54,158 nt of DNA from Ignavibacteriales bacterium. GTDB lineage: Bacteria; Bacteroidota; Ignavibacteria; UBA10030; UBA6906. The position numbers were made by a program, and so were the translations under genes. Within the stretch, counting starts at the first letter, position 1. Each line of letters starts with the position of its first letter. This document shows, one piece after another, positions 21,188 through 31,486 of the stretch. The stretch is from NCBI GenBank assembly GCA_037441705.1, contig JBBIRR010000030.1, positions 1 to 54,158 of the forward strand, given 5' to 3'. The notes beneath the pieces were generated by a model. It was not told the origin of the DNA. It did not search any database and worked only from the letters and a program-made list of their open reading frames with translations.

Positions 21188-22090
21188 ATGCTCAGGGTGT
21201 CTGCTCTGCGGAAGGACTTTGCCACCGTTCGTGCGGTTGACGGTGTGTCGTTCGACGTGCGCCGGGGAGAGATCTTTGGGCTGCTGGGCCGCAACGGCGC
21301 CGGCAAAACCACGACCATCCGCATGGTGCTGAACATCCTCAAGCCCGACGCGGGAGAAGTCTTCTTCGACGGTCGGCCGTTCTCCGACGCAACGCGTAAT
21401 CTCGTCGGCTATGTGCCGGAAGAGCGCGGATTGTATCGCAAGAGCAAACTGCTTGATACGATTCTCTATTTTGCCGGTCTGCGCGGAATGATGCCTTCCC
21501 GAGCGCGTGCGGAAGCGCAGCGATGGCTGGATCGCTTCTCGCTCACTCCATATGCGCATAGAAAGGTGGAGGAGCTTTCGAAAGGCAATCAGCAGAAGGT
21601 ACAGTTCATCGTCTCGATCATTCATGATCCACCCCTTGTTGTGTTAGACGAGCCGTTCTCCGGTCTGGATCCCGTCAACCAGATTCTTCTCAAAGATATT
21701 CTCCTCGAGCTGAAGCAGCGCGGCAAAGCAATCATCTTTTCCACACATCAAATGGACCAGGCGGAGAGGTTGAGCGACCTGCTCTGCCTCATCGAGCAGG
21801 GCCGCGTTGTCCTCAGCGGCACCATCCGTGACGTCAAGCGGCGGTATGGGAGAAATTGGATCCATCTCGAGTATGAGGGCGACGGCACATTTCTTCCTAT
21901 GCTGCCGGGTGTGAGGAGTGCCCAGCTCTACGAGAACTCCGCCGAAGTACAACTGGACGACGATGCCGATCCGCAGGCAATACTTGCACACATCGTCGGG
22001 AGGTTGGAGATTCGCAAGTTCGAACTGCGCGAGCCGTCGCTTCACTCCATTTTCCTTCATGCCGTTGGTCAGCAGGAGACGGCCGCATGA
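21188..22090 (+). CDS. ABC-2 transporter ATP-binding subunit (NatA/YhaQ-like)
   Basis: GRNGAGKTT, PEERGLY, LSKGNQQK, LDEPFSGLDP and C-terminal EPSLHSIF. Confidence 0.92.
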   Translation: MLRVSALRKDFATVRAVDGVSFDVRRGEIFGLLGRNGAGKTTTIRMVLNILKPDAGEVFFDGRPFSDATRNLVGYVPEERGLYRKSKLLDTILYFAGLRGMMPSRARAEAQRWLDRFSLTPYAHRKVEELSKGNQQKVQFIVSIIHDPPLVVLDEPFSGLDPVNQILLKDILLELKQRGKAIIFSTHQMDQAERLSDLLCLIEQGRVVLSGTIRDVKRRYGRNWIHLEYEGDGTFLPMLPGVRSAQLYENSAEVQLDDDADPQAILAHIVGRLEIRKFELREPSLHSIFLHAVGQQETAA

Positions 22091-23334
22091 ACAAAACGTT
22101 CGTCGTGGCACGATGGGAGTATCTCGAAAAGGTGAAGAGCAAGGCGTTCCTCATCGGCTTGTTCCTCACGCCCATGATCATGATTGGGATGGGAGTTCTC
22201 CCCGGCCTGCTTGCAGAAAAAGAAGATGAGGAAACGAAAGTGATCGGCGTGATTGATGTCCGAGGCGAGATTGCACCGCTCTTGACCAAACGCATGGAGC
22301 GCTACAAACTGAGCAACGGACAGCCGAACTATCTCTTGCTTCCGGTTCGTGCAACAGCCGCCGACATCGCAGCGTCTGTTCGTGAAGCGGACGAGCGCGT
22401 CGAACGAGGAGAGTTCGATGGGTACATCGTTCTGAATGCACCCGAGGCCCCCGACACGGTGATCAGATACTTCTCGAAGGGTGCAGGCGACCTTCGACTC
22501 ATCGGGAGATTGGAAGAAAATATCCAGGCGATTTACTGGGAGCGCACGCTGATCGCTCGCGGGATCGATCCGGGAATCGTCTCTGCAATGAAACCGCGTG
22601 TAGAGGTGAAGTCGGTAAAGATCGGCCCGACGGGCGAGCGAGAAGAGACAAATTTCTTGAAGACCTTCTTCTCCGCCTACGTTTTTATCATGGCGATGTT
22701 TTTTCTCATCTTCACCTCAGGTCAGCTGCTGGTCCGCAGCGTGCTGGAGGAAAAATCCAATCGCATTATCGAAGTGCTCGTGTCCTCCTGCACGCCATCG
22801 GAGTTGATGGCGGGGAAGGTGTTAGGGCTGAGCGCAATGGGCTTGACACAAGTAGGATTCTGGGCAATTGTTGCGTTGGCCATCTTTGCCCGCGTGGGGA
22901 CGGACGTGCTGCCGCCCGTCGAGCAACTGCTGTTGATGGTGGTGTACTTTGTTCTCGGTTACCTGTTCTATTCAGCTATCTTCATCGCGTTCGGCTCGCC
23001 GGTGACGACGGAACAGGAGGCGCAGCAATTGAACGGTTACCTGGTGCTGTTTGTCATTCTGCCGGTGGCGCTCGTACTGCCGGTCATGCAGCATCCGGAC
23101 GCCGGTTGGGTGAAAGTGTTGACGTTCATTCCTCTTCTCACGCCGACGTTCATGGCGCTGCGTATCCCTGTGCAGATGCCGTCAGCGGCCGAGATTGTCG
23201 GCTCGGTGGTTCTGCTCGCGGTATTCACGTACGTGATGATGATTGTTGCAGGAAGGATCTTTCGGGTTGCGATCCTGGCAACGGGCAAACGGCCGTCGCT
23301 GGCGGAGCTTGTACGTTGGGTGAAGGAAGGATGA
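22087..23334 (+). CDS. ABC-2 transporter permease (NatB/YhaP-like)
   Basis: EEKSNRIIEVLVSS...LMAGKVLG motif, large periplasmic loop, multiple TM segments. Confidence 0.9.
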   Translation: MNKTFVVARWEYLEKVKSKAFLIGLFLTPMIMIGMGVLPGLLAEKEDEETKVIGVIDVRGEIAPLLTKRMERYKLSNGQPNYLLLPVRATAADIAASVREADERVERGEFDGYIVLNAPEAPDTVIRYFSKGAGDLRLIGRLEENIQAIYWERTLIARGIDPGIVSAMKPRVEVKSVKIGPTGEREETNFLKTFFSAYVFIMAMFFLIFTSGQLLVRSVLEEKSNRIIEVLVSSCTPSELMAGKVLGLSAMGLTQVGFWAIVALAIFARVGTDVLPPVEQLLLMVVYFVLGYLFYSAIFIAFGSPVTTEQEAQQLNGYLVLFVILPVALVLPVMQHPDAGWVKVLTFIPLLTPTFMALRIPVQMPSAAEIVGSVVLLAVFTYVMMIVAGRIFRVAILATGKRPSLAELVRWVKEG

Positions 23335-23373
23335 CGATGTAGACGACAAGACGAACGAAAGGAGAATCATCAC

Positions 23374-23898
23374 ATGACACATACTCTGCCCAAAGCACCA
23401 CGGCGAGCGTTCCACGTGCTGCCGGTGCTCATGGCCCTCGCCTGGATTACCAGCGCCGCGTCTTCGCAGGTGGTGATGCCCTCGGGCCAGACGACGACCA
23501 TCCGGCAACACGTGTTCGGTCTCGGATTTTTCGGTGGTGCCTCCGGTGGGCTGGGCCTCAGCTTCCGGCATCACCTTCCCTCTCCGCTCAGCTATCAGAT
23601 TACCGGCGGCATCATCAAGGTCAGCGACAAGCTCCGCTCGGATATTGGCATAGAGGTGCACTATGATCTAGCTCGCAGCAGCGGCGCACGATTCTTTGTC
23701 GCGGGAGGATTTGCGTATTACTATTCGGGGAAGGACGGTAATGAAATGAAATCTCCCACGCGCGCCGGCCTCGGCTTGGGCGGGGAGTGGGTGATGAGCA
23801 GCGGCTTGCACTTCCTCGCCGAGGGTATGTTTACATTCTTCAGCGATGGAACCATCTTTCCGCTGCCGCAGGTGGGGTTCTACTATTATTTCAATTGA
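23374..23898 (+). CDS. Putative small outer-membrane beta-barrel protein
   Basis: Signal peptide, alternating G/aromatic strands, C-terminal GFYYYFN; AAGGAG RBS. Confidence 0.7.
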   Translation: MTHTLPKAPRRAFHVLPVLMALAWITSAASSQVVMPSGQTTTIRQHVFGLGFFGGASGGLGLSFRHHLPSPLSYQITGGIIKVSDKLRSDIGIEVHYDLARSSGARFFVAGGFAYYYSGKDGNEMKSPTRAGLGLGGEWVMSSGLHFLAEGMFTFFSDGTIFPLPQVGFYYYFN

Positions 23899-24127
23899 TG
23901 GGGAATCGGTCGCGGGTCTTTTGCCGTCCTCGCTGGTGAAGGCCGCCGCACCGCTGCAGGAACAACGAAACGCGTTTCGACCTGATCGTCTCAGCAATTC
24001 TTACGAACAGTGTCCAGCCATTCTCCAACTGCGGACACGCAACATCGCTTACGTCCCGCCTTTCCGATCAGCCGCGCGGTTGATCAAACATCAATCGTAA
24101 CGATGATGCTCTCCGTTTCATCGCTCG

Positions 24128-24158
24128 TTGCTTCTCTACGGATTTTGTTATACTTTTG
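24128..24158 (+). promoter_or_regulatory. Putative promoter of the nuoJ-mrp operon
   Basis: TTGCTT-17 bp-TACTTTTG directly ahead of nuoJ. Confidence 0.55.
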
Positions 24159-24202
24159 TGTTGTTCGTTCTACTCTGATTGGCCACCAATCATTCGACAC
24201 TC

Positions 24203-24718
24203 GTGACTGTTGAACTCATTTTGTTTTATCTCTTCGGCTCTGTCGCCATCGGCACCGCGCTGGCAATGATTCTTCAACGCAATCCCGTTGTCAGTGCGCT
24301 TCTTCTGGTTGGCAACTTTTTCTGCATAGCCGGCTTGTACCTGCTTCTGCAGCAACAGTTTCTTGCCGTCATTCAGATCGTCGTCTACACGGGCGCCATC
24401 ATGGTGCTCGTCATTTTCGTCATCATGCTGTTGAACCTTGGTGATGAGCAGCGTCTGATGGAGCGCATTAATTTCTGGCAGTCGATCGGCGTAGCCTTGG
24501 TCGTCGGCTTTCTTGCGGAGATGGTGTACATCCTGATGTTTCGCGGCCGCTCAGGAGCGCACACTGCGGTACATCCCGAAGCGGGCAGTTTGGGTACCGT
24601 TGAGGCCATTGGCAACGCGCTCTTCACGCGTTTTCTCCTGCCCTTCGAGGTGACGTCGCTGCTGTTGCTGGTTGCCATCGTCGGCGCCGTGATTCTGGCA
24701 AAGCGACGAGTTCAGTAA
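24203..24718 (+). CDS. nuoJ: NADH-quinone oxidoreductase subunit J
   Basis: [26 protein letters not shown] and [17 protein letters not shown] motifs; start GTG 24203 or TTG 24179. Confidence 0.95.
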   Translation: MTVELILFYLFGSVAIGTALAMILQRNPVVSALLLVGNFFCIAGLYLLLQQQFLAVIQIVVYTGAIMVLVIFVIMLLNLGDEQRLMERINFWQSIGVALVVGFLAEMVYILMFRGRSGAHTAVHPEAGSLGTVEAIGNALFTRFLLPFEVTSLLLLVAIVGAVILAKRRVQ

Positions 24719-24732
24719 GAAAGGAAGCGGCA

Positions 24733-25038
24733 ATGTCCATTGACCTCTATAGCTATCTCGGTCTTAGCGCCATGCTCTTCGCAATCGGCGTGGTGGGTGT
24801 GCTGGTCCGACGCAATGTGATCATCCTGTTCATGTGCATCGAACTGATGCTGAACTCCGTGAACCTCACACTTGCAGCATTCTCATCCTATCTGGGCGAC
24901 CAAACCGGCCAGGTCCTGGTCTTTTTTGTGATGGCCGTTGCCGCCGCAGAAGCAGCGGTCGGTCTGGCCATCGTCATTTCGCTCTTCCGCAACAAGCAGA
25001 CCGTCAACATCGACGAGATCAACATCCTGAAATGGTGA
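24733..25038 (+). CDS. nuoK: NADH-quinone oxidoreductase subunit K
   Basis: [11 protein letters not shown] and [12 protein letters not shown] motifs. Confidence 0.97.
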   Translation: MSIDLYSYLGLSAMLFAIGVVGVLVRRNVIILFMCIELMLNSVNLTLAAFSSYLGDQTGQVLVFFVMAVAAAEAAVGLAIVISLFRNKQTVNIDEINILKW

Positions 25039-25209
25039 TGGCCGGAACAACTCAACGCCGAAGCTTTCAGTCTCAAGGAAATCTCGATCAGCGACACGTC
25101 TCGGTGACGCCCCCATCGCGGAGTTTACGATTACGCATTTCTTTGAGCATTGGACATTTGATTTTCTTTGAACCTTGAACCCTAAGCTCTAACCCGGAAC
25201 GTAGCCACG

Positions 25210-27144
25210 ATGCCTTATCAACTTATTGGTATAGCAGTTTTTCTTCCGCTCGCCGGTTTCCTCCTCAACGGCTTGCTCGGCTCGAAGATCAAGTCCGAGC
25301 GGGTCATTGGTATCGTGGGGAGTGCCACGGTGGGCATCAGCTTCGTCATCGCCTGCGCGATGTTCGTTGCATTGCTCGGCTCGCCGGCGGACGAACGGTC
25401 GCACACGGTGGAATACTTTCGCTGGATTGCCGCAGGAAACCTGAGTGCCAGCTTCAGCTATCAGATCGATCAGCTCTCGATCGTCATGATGCTGATTGTT
25501 ACGGGCGTTGGATTCCTCATCCACGTCTACTCGATCGGATACATGCACGGCGATCCTGGATTCTGGCGCTTCTTCGCCTACCTCAACCTTTTCATCTTCG
25601 CCATGTTGAATCTGATCATGGCGGACAACTTTCTGCTGCTCTTCCTCGGCTGGGAGGGAGTCGGGCTGTGTTCGTACCTGCTCATCGGCTTCTGGTACGA
25701 GAGAAAGTTCGATAAAGGAACGACGGGCGATGCAGCAAAGAAAGCCTTCATCGTAAATCGCATCGGCGATTTCGGATTTCTCGTCGGCATGTTTCTCATC
25801 TTCGAGACGTTTGGCACGCTGACATTCAAAGATGTGTTTACTCAAGCTTCTGCGCTCAGCGTCGGCGATACAACCGTCATGTGGATCACCCTGGCACTGT
25901 TTCTTGGCGCCACCGGCAAGTCCGCGCAGATTCCACTCTTCGTCTGGCTTCCCGATGCAATGGCAGGCCCCACACCCGTCTCGGCGCTCATTCACGCCGC
26001 AACAATGGTTACCGCGGGCGTGTACATGGTCGCGCGATGTGCGGTGCTCTATGCTCTCGCCCCCACCACGATGATGGTTGTCGCCGTCGTCGGTGTGTTA
26101 ACGGCACTCCTTGCCGCCAGTATCGGACTTGTTCAGAACGACATCAAGAAGGTGCTGGCGTATTCGACCGTCAGCCAGCTCGGTTACATGTTTCTGGGTC
26201 TCGGGGTCGGCGCGTTCGCTGCAGGAATTTTTCATGTGCTGACGCATGCCTTCTTCAAGGCGCTGCTATTTTTGGGTTCAGGCGCGGTCATCCATGCCCT
26301 GCACGAGGAACAGGATATTCAGAAGATGGGCGGACTGAAAAAGTATATGCCGATTACCTACTGGACGTTCTTCCTCGCCATGTTGGCGATTGCCGGCATC
26401 TTTCCGTTCTCCGGATTCTTCAGCAAAGATGAAATCCTGTGGAAGACATTTTCGAGCGGGCAATACGTTCTGTGGGCGATGGGCCTGTTCGGCGCAGCGC
26501 TCACGGCGTTCTACATGGCACGCCTGACAACATTGACGTTCGAGGGGACCGAGCGGTTCGATCATCATCACGTTCATCCGCATGAAGCGCCCAAAACGAT
26601 GAGCATTCCGCTCATCATTCTGGCAGTTCTCTCCGTCTTCGGTGGATTCGTTGGGGTGCCTCACAGCCTCGGCGGAAACAACGCGATCGAACACTGGCTC
26701 GATCCCGTGTTTGAAAAAGCCAACAGCAAGCTCCTCCTAACCTCCCACGGGGAAGGCGCCATCGAGTATCTGTTGATGATTCTCTCGGTCGGCGTGGGGC
26801 TTGGTGGCATCTGGTTGGCGAGAACGTGGTATCTGAGCAAGAGGGAAGTCCCCGACAGTCTTGCTGCGCGTTACCGCGGCGCATACAATCTTCTTCTGCA
26901 AAAATATAAAGTGGATGAACTGTATGAGGCCGTTGTCGTAACGCCGCTCCACAAGACCTCCGAACTCTTCCTGTGGAAGATTTTCGATGTGAGAATTATC
27001 GACGGCATCGTCAACGGCGTTCCGAAGATCATCGCCTGGTTCAGCAGCATTGGTCGGAAGGTTCAAACCGGTGTCGCACAGAGTTATGTGTTCGTGTTTG
27101 TGTTGGGCGTGGTGATTATCCTCGGCTGGCTTGCCGCCGGATAG
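25210..27144 (+). CDS. nuoL: NADH-quinone oxidoreductase subunit L
   Basis: IHVYSIGYM, GWEGVGLCSYLLIGFW, NRIGD, GKSAQIPLFVWLPDAMAGPTPVSALIHAATMV; C-terminal lateral helix with D..IIDG.VNG. Confidence 0.97.
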   Translation: MPYQLIGIAVFLPLAGFLLNGLLGSKIKSERVIGIVGSATVGISFVIACAMFVALLGSPADERSHTVEYFRWIAAGNLSASFSYQIDQLSIVMMLIVTGVGFLIHVYSIGYMHGDPGFWRFFAYLNLFIFAMLNLIMADNFLLLFLGWEGVGLCSYLLIGFWYERKFDKGTTGDAAKKAFIVNRIGDFGFLVGMFLIFETFGTLTFKDVFTQASALSVGDTTVMWITLALFLGATGKSAQIPLFVWLPDAMAGPTPVSALIHAATMVTAGVYMVARCAVLYALAPTTMMVVAVVGVLTALLAASIGLVQNDIKKVLAYSTVSQLGYMFLGLGVGAFAAGIFHVLTHAFFKALLFLGSGAVIHALHEEQDIQKMGGLKKYMPITYWTFFLAMLAIAGIFPFSGFFSKDEILWKTFSSGQYVLWAMGLFGAALTAFYMARLTTLTFEGTERFDHHHVHPHEAPKTMSIPLIILAVLSVFGGFVGVPHSLGGNNAIEHWLDPVFEKANSKLLLTSHGEGAIEYLLMILSVGVGLGGIWLARTWYLSKREVPDSLAARYRGAYNLLLQKYKVDELYEAVVVTPLHKTSELFLWKIFDVRIIDGIVNGVPKIIAWFSSIGRKVQTGVAQSYVFVFVLGVVIILGWLAAG

Positions 27145-27181
27145 TCCTCGAATCATCAATCGTGAAAACGAACCTCGTGTC

Positions 27182-28750
27182 ATGAACGAATCACTCATCC
27201 TTTCTGCAATTCTCTTCATCCCACTGGTTGGCGCCGTGGCCGTTGCTCTTGTGCGCGAGGAGGCTGCGACGCTGATCAAAACGCTGGGCATTGTGTTCTC
27301 AACAGCAGCATTCGCGCTCTCCGTGTGGCTGTTCCTGGCGTTCGATGGCGCAAATCCGGACATGCAATTTGTGGAGAAGTACGACTGGATTCCCTCGCTC
27401 AACATCTCGTACCATCTCGGCATCGACGGTATGGCGTTGCTGCTGGTGGTGCTGACAACGTTCCTGACGCCGATCTCGCTTCTTGCATCATGGGATTCCA
27501 TCGAACGGAAGCTCAAGGGCTTCGTCGTTTCCATGCTCGTTCTTGAAGTCGGGACGCTCGGCGTGTTCATGGCGCTCGACTTGTTCCTGTTCTATGTCTT
27601 CTGGGAAGCGATGCTGATTCCGATGTACTTCATCATCGGCATCTGGGGCGGACAGGAGCGCATCTATGCCGCCGTGAAATTCTTTCTCTACACGATGTTC
27701 GGCAGCCTGTTGATGCTCGTTGCGATTCTCTGGCTGGGCTACTACGCCAGCACCCAACCGGGCGGTGCCTTCACCACGAATCTGCTCGCGTTGTACAAGA
27801 TCGCGCCGGCGATCCCTCTGGACATTCAGAAGTGGATGTTCCTCGCGTTTGCACTCAGCTTCTGCATCAAGGTGCCGCTCTTTCCGCTGCACACGTGGTT
27901 GCCCGATGCACACGTGCAAGCCCCAACGGCCGGTTCGGTGATTCTTGCCGGCGTGCTGCTGAAGATGGGAACGTACGGTCTGGTGCGCTTCTGTCTGCCG
28001 CTGTTTCCGTATGCGACGTTCGAGTACATGCCCTACATCGCGGCGCTCGCTGTTGTCGGCATTGTGTACGGCGCGCTGGTATCCATCGTCCAGCCCGACC
28101 TCAAGAAGCTTGTCGCCTACTCTTCCGTTTCGCATCTCGGCTTCGTCGTGTTGGGTATCTTTGCCCTCAATGTGGAGGGTTTGCAGGGAGGCATTATTCA
28201 AATGATCAATCACGGCCTTTCGACCGGGGCGTTGTTTCTTCTGGTCGGCATGATCTACGATCGTCGCCACACGCGCATGATTGCCGACTTTGGTGGCCTG
28301 GCGCGCGTGGTGCCGGTCTATGCTGCCTTCTTCATGATCATCATGCTCTCATCGGTTGGCCTTCCGGGGTTGAACGGTTTTGTGGGTGAGTTTCTTATCC
28401 TTCTCGGCGCGTTCAAATCGCAGCTGCTTGCCAGCCACTGGTATGCCATTGTCGGTGCAACCGGGGTCATCTTTGCTGCCGTGTATCTGCTGTGGAGTTA
28501 CCAGCGCGTGTTTTTTGGAAAAATGGAGAATCCTGCAAATCAGGCACTCAAGGACCTGAATCTTCGAGAGTGGGTTGTGCTGGTGCCGGTGGTTGTGATG
28601 GTGGTGTGGATTGGATTGTATCCGAGCACGTTCATGGAGAAGACCGAAGCCTCCACGAAGCAGCTCGTGCAGATGCTGTATGATGCTCGACGCGGCGTCC
28701 ACTTCGGCCCGGCACAGCATGCCGTCTCGTCTCCCGCCGAGGTCCGATGA
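27182..28750 (+). CDS. nuoM: NADH-quinone oxidoreductase subunit M
   Basis: FYVFWEAMLIPMY, AAVKFFLYT, KVPLFPLHTWLPDAHVQAPT and GLPGLNGFVGEF motifs. Confidence 0.96.
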   Translation: MNESLILSAILFIPLVGAVAVALVREEAATLIKTLGIVFSTAAFALSVWLFLAFDGANPDMQFVEKYDWIPSLNISYHLGIDGMALLLVVLTTFLTPISLLASWDSIERKLKGFVVSMLVLEVGTLGVFMALDLFLFYVFWEAMLIPMYFIIGIWGGQERIYAAVKFFLYTMFGSLLMLVAILWLGYYASTQPGGAFTTNLLALYKIAPAIPLDIQKWMFLAFALSFCIKVPLFPLHTWLPDAHVQAPTAGSVILAGVLLKMGTYGLVRFCLPLFPYATFEYMPYIAALAVVGIVYGALVSIVQPDLKKLVAYSSVSHLGFVVLGIFALNVEGLQGGIIQMINHGLSTGALFLLVGMIYDRRHTRMIADFGGLARVVPVYAAFFMIIMLSSVGLPGLNGFVGEFLILLGAFKSQLLASHWYAIVGATGVIFAAVYLLWSYQRVFFGKMENPANQALKDLNLREWVVLVPVVVMVVWIGLYPSTFMEKTEASTKQLVQMLYDARRGVHFGPAQHAVSSPAEVR

Positions 28751-30243
28751 TGCGTTTACTGCGTCGGGTCTCCTCGATCATACTGCTTGTGTTGTTGGCT
28801 CTCCCCGCGTACGCGGACGAACCGGGTCATGCTGTGGCCGTCAACCCGTTGATGATTCTTCCGTTCGGCATGCTGCTGCTTGCCATCGCGATCATGCCGT
28901 TCATCAACCGGCGCTGGTGGGAACACAACTATCCGTATGTGGCGGTTGGTTTTGCCCTGGTGACCATTTCCTATTACCTCTTTTGGTTGAACAACCCCGC
29001 GCGCCTGTTGCACACGGGATTCGAATACGTGAGCTTCTTTGCGTTGATCGGTTCGTTGTTTGTTGTGGCAGGAGGGATTCACATTCGCATTCGCGGGAAG
29101 TCAACACCGCTGCGCAATGTATTTCTGCTGGCGATCGGTGCGGTGATCTCCAATATCGTCGGGACGACCGGCGCGTCGATGATTCTCATCCGTCCATTCA
29201 TTCGTGTCAATCGGTATCGCATCAAGCCGTTCCACATCGTGTTCTTCATCTTTGTGGTCAGCAACATGGGCGGCGCCCTCACGCCGATCGGCGACCCGCC
29301 GTTGTTTCTGGGCTACTTGAAGGGCATCCCATTTTTTTGGATTGCAGAAACTGTGTGGTTCAAATGGTTATTTGCCATGACGTTGATTCTGGGAGTGTTC
29401 TATGTGTTGGATGTTGTTTCGTACCGCAGGCTTGCTGAGGATGTTCGGCGCACTCTTGCCGCACAACATGAGGAAGGGGAGGTGAGTGGCGCACAGAATG
29501 TGTTTTTCCTCGCAGTGATTCTGATTGCCGTCTTCATCACCAACCCGCCGTTTCTGCGCGAAGCATTGATGGCGCTTGCGGCGGCGGGTTCGTATCTTAC
29601 CACCAAACACGAAATCCACAAGAAAAACGAGTTCAACTTTCTTCCCATCAAAGAAGTGGCGGTGCTCTTCTTCGGCATCTTTGCGACGATGATTCCTGCG
29701 CTTGATTGGCTCGCGCTGAACGCTTCGGCCCTCGGCATTCGTACACCGGGACAGTTCTTCTGGAGTACGGGCGCGCTCTCGGCATTTCTTGACAACGCGC
29801 CGACCTATCTTAATTTCCTGAGCGCTGCTACGGGTCTGTGCGTTTCGCCCGACGTTACGAAACAATTGATCGGACTCGTGCGCAACCACGGCGTGGACCT
29901 TGCTCTGGTCTCAGGTCCGCATGCGGTGGAAATCAAAACCGCTTTCGCTGCTCTTCTGAAATACCATTTCCACATTGTCGAGGCAGGTTCGATCACGCCC
30001 GACTTTGCCAATGCAGCGTATCTGATTGCCAACCACAGCAAGTTTGTGCAAGCCATATCGCTCGGTGCGGTGTTCTTCGGTGCGATGACCTACATCGGCA
30101 ACGGTCCGAATTTCATGGTCAAGTCCATCGCCGAGCAGTCGGGAGTGCACTGCCCGACCTTCTTCGGGTATGTGTTCAAATACTCTCTTCCGGTGCTGTT
30201 GCCTGTGTTTACCGTGGTCTGGCTCCTGTTCTTTTTTGGGTAG
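28747..30243 (+). CDS. Putative sodium:proton antiporter (ion-transporter superfamily)
   Basis: GTTGASM, SNMGGALTPIGDPPLFLG, LDNAPTY and MTYIGNGPNFMVK motifs; many TM segments. Confidence 0.85.
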   Translation: MMRLLRRVSSIILLVLLALPAYADEPGHAVAVNPLMILPFGMLLLAIAIMPFINRRWWEHNYPYVAVGFALVTISYYLFWLNNPARLLHTGFEYVSFFALIGSLFVVAGGIHIRIRGKSTPLRNVFLLAIGAVISNIVGTTGASMILIRPFIRVNRYRIKPFHIVFFIFVVSNMGGALTPIGDPPLFLGYLKGIPFFWIAETVWFKWLFAMTLILGVFYVLDVVSYRRLAEDVRRTLAAQHEEGEVSGAQNVFFLAVILIAVFITNPPFLREALMALAAAGSYLTTKHEIHKKNEFNFLPIKEVAVLFFGIFATMIPALDWLALNASALGIRTPGQFFWSTGALSAFLDNAPTYLNFLSAATGLCVSPDVTKQLIGLVRNHGVDLALVSGPHAVEIKTAFAALLKYHFHIVEAGSITPDFANAAYLIANHSKFVQAISLGAVFFGAMTYIGNGPNFMVKSIAEQSGVHCPTFFGYVFKYSLPVLLPVFTVVWLLFFFG

Positions 30244-30272
30244 ATGTTTCACGAGTTCGTTTGAGTGCGCTC

Positions 30273-30866
30273 ATGGCCGTTCAGAAAGACGTCCTGACAC
30301 GCTATGGAAAGCGCGTGCACACCTGGCGCGGCATCGCGTTACAGGGTCTCACACTCATGGCAGTGTGGCTTGTGCTCAGCGGGCGATTCGATTTCTTCCA
30401 CGTTGGCGCCGGCGCAGTCTCTGTTGCTGTGGTGCTGTGGATGAATAGAAGAGTCATGTCGCTTCAGTTCTTTCACGACGATGTCTCCGAATGGGAGCAA
30501 CTTCGTTTCGAGCATCTCCTCCGATTTGTCCCCTGGCTTGTCTGGGAAATTGTTGAAGGTAGTCTGCAGGTTGCCTCCGCCGTCCTTCACCCAAAAATGC
30601 CGATCGAGCCTGTGCTGCTTCGCTTCCGCGTGAAACTGCCCACCGTTGGGGCAAAGGTGTTATTGGGAAACGTCATCACCCTCACGCCCGGCACGGTCAC
30701 TCTCGGCATCGAGGATGACGAGTTCCTCATTCATGCGTTGCGTCAAAGCTCCGCCGGCAGCATCATTGATGGGACGATGCCGAGATGGATCGCCCAACTG
30801 ATTGACGAAGAAGGAGAAAACCTTGTTTCCGACGTGCGGGTCATCGGTTCAAGCGCGGAGGTGTAG
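30273..30866 (+). CDS. mrpE: Mrp/Mnh antiporter subunit E (MbhA-like)
   Basis: WLVLSG and NVITLTPGTVT...IHAL motifs; ATG at 30273 within the ORF-track frame. Confidence 0.92.
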   Translation: MAVQKDVLTRYGKRVHTWRGIALQGLTLMAVWLVLSGRFDFFHVGAGAVSVAVVLWMNRRVMSLQFFHDDVSEWEQLRFEHLLRFVPWLVWEIVEGSLQVASAVLHPKMPIEPVLLRFRVKLPTVGAKVLLGNVITLTPGTVTLGIEDDEFLIHALRQSSAGSIIDGTMPRWIAQLIDEEGENLVSDVRVIGSSAEV

Positions 30867-31136
30867 ATGCAAGACATTCTTGTCTCTGTAACAATTCTTC
30901 TTGCCTTCATAATCATCATCCCCTTTTATCGGGTTTTGAAAGGTCCAACGCCGTTCGATCGCTTATTGGGAGTCGGCGCTATCGGGACGAAGACCCTCGT
31001 GCTCATCTGTCTCATTGGGTATGTGTACGGAAGGATTGATATGTTCGTGGATATTGCCCTCGCCTACGCCGTCTTGAACTTCATGAGCGTGTTGGCGATC
31101 GCAAAGTACTTCCGAAGTTTTCGGAGGAGGGTGTGA
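30867..31136 (+). CDS. mrpF: Mrp subunit F (MbhB-like)
   Basis: RVLKGPTPFDR and DIALAYAVLNF motifs. Confidence 0.93.
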   Translation: MQDILVSVTILLAFIIIIPFYRVLKGPTPFDRLLGVGAIGTKTLVLICLIGYVYGRIDMFVDIALAYAVLNFMSVLAIAKYFRSFRRRV

Positions 31137-31486
31137 TGACACTCTGGGACGGAGTTGCGGTAGCAATGATGTTGGCGGGGGCGTTCTTCCTTCTGGTGGC
31201 AGGGATTGGCATCGTCCGGTTTCCCGATTTCTACACTCGCATTCATGCGATGGGGAAGGGAGACACGCTCGGTATTATCCTCGTCCTTTTGGGTTTGTGG
31301 GTCTACGAAGGATTTACACTCGTCGGCGTAAAGCTTCTGTTGGCGTTGGTGTTTGTTGCACTCACCAATCCGGTAGCAACCCACGCCCTTGCGCGTTCAG
31401 CGCTTCGGTATGGCCTCAAACCGCTCCTGAAGCAAGACAGGGAAAAGGCTGAGTTTTCTCCAGAACCCAATGCACCGAGAACTTGA
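31133..31486 (+). CDS. mrpG: Mrp subunit G (MbhC-like)
   Basis: RFPDFYTRIHA..KGDTLG and TNPVATHALAR motifs. Confidence 0.94.
   Translation: MMTLWDGVAVAMMLAGAFFLLVAGIGIVRFPDFYTRIHAMGKGDTLGIILVLLGLWVYEGFTLVGVKLLLALVFVALTNPVATHALARSALRYGLKPLLKQDREKAEFSPEPNAPRT

Noticed and set aside
24080-24094. FNR box upstream of nuoJ (TTGAT-CAAAC-ATCAA)
   Set aside because: The half-sites are perfect but the spacer is 5 bp rather than the required 4. It may bind another factor, but cannot be called FNR.
29838-30272. N-terminal extension making MrpE a 342-aa protein
   Set aside because: It overlaps the antiporter gene in another frame; MrpE-like sequence starts at ATG 30273.
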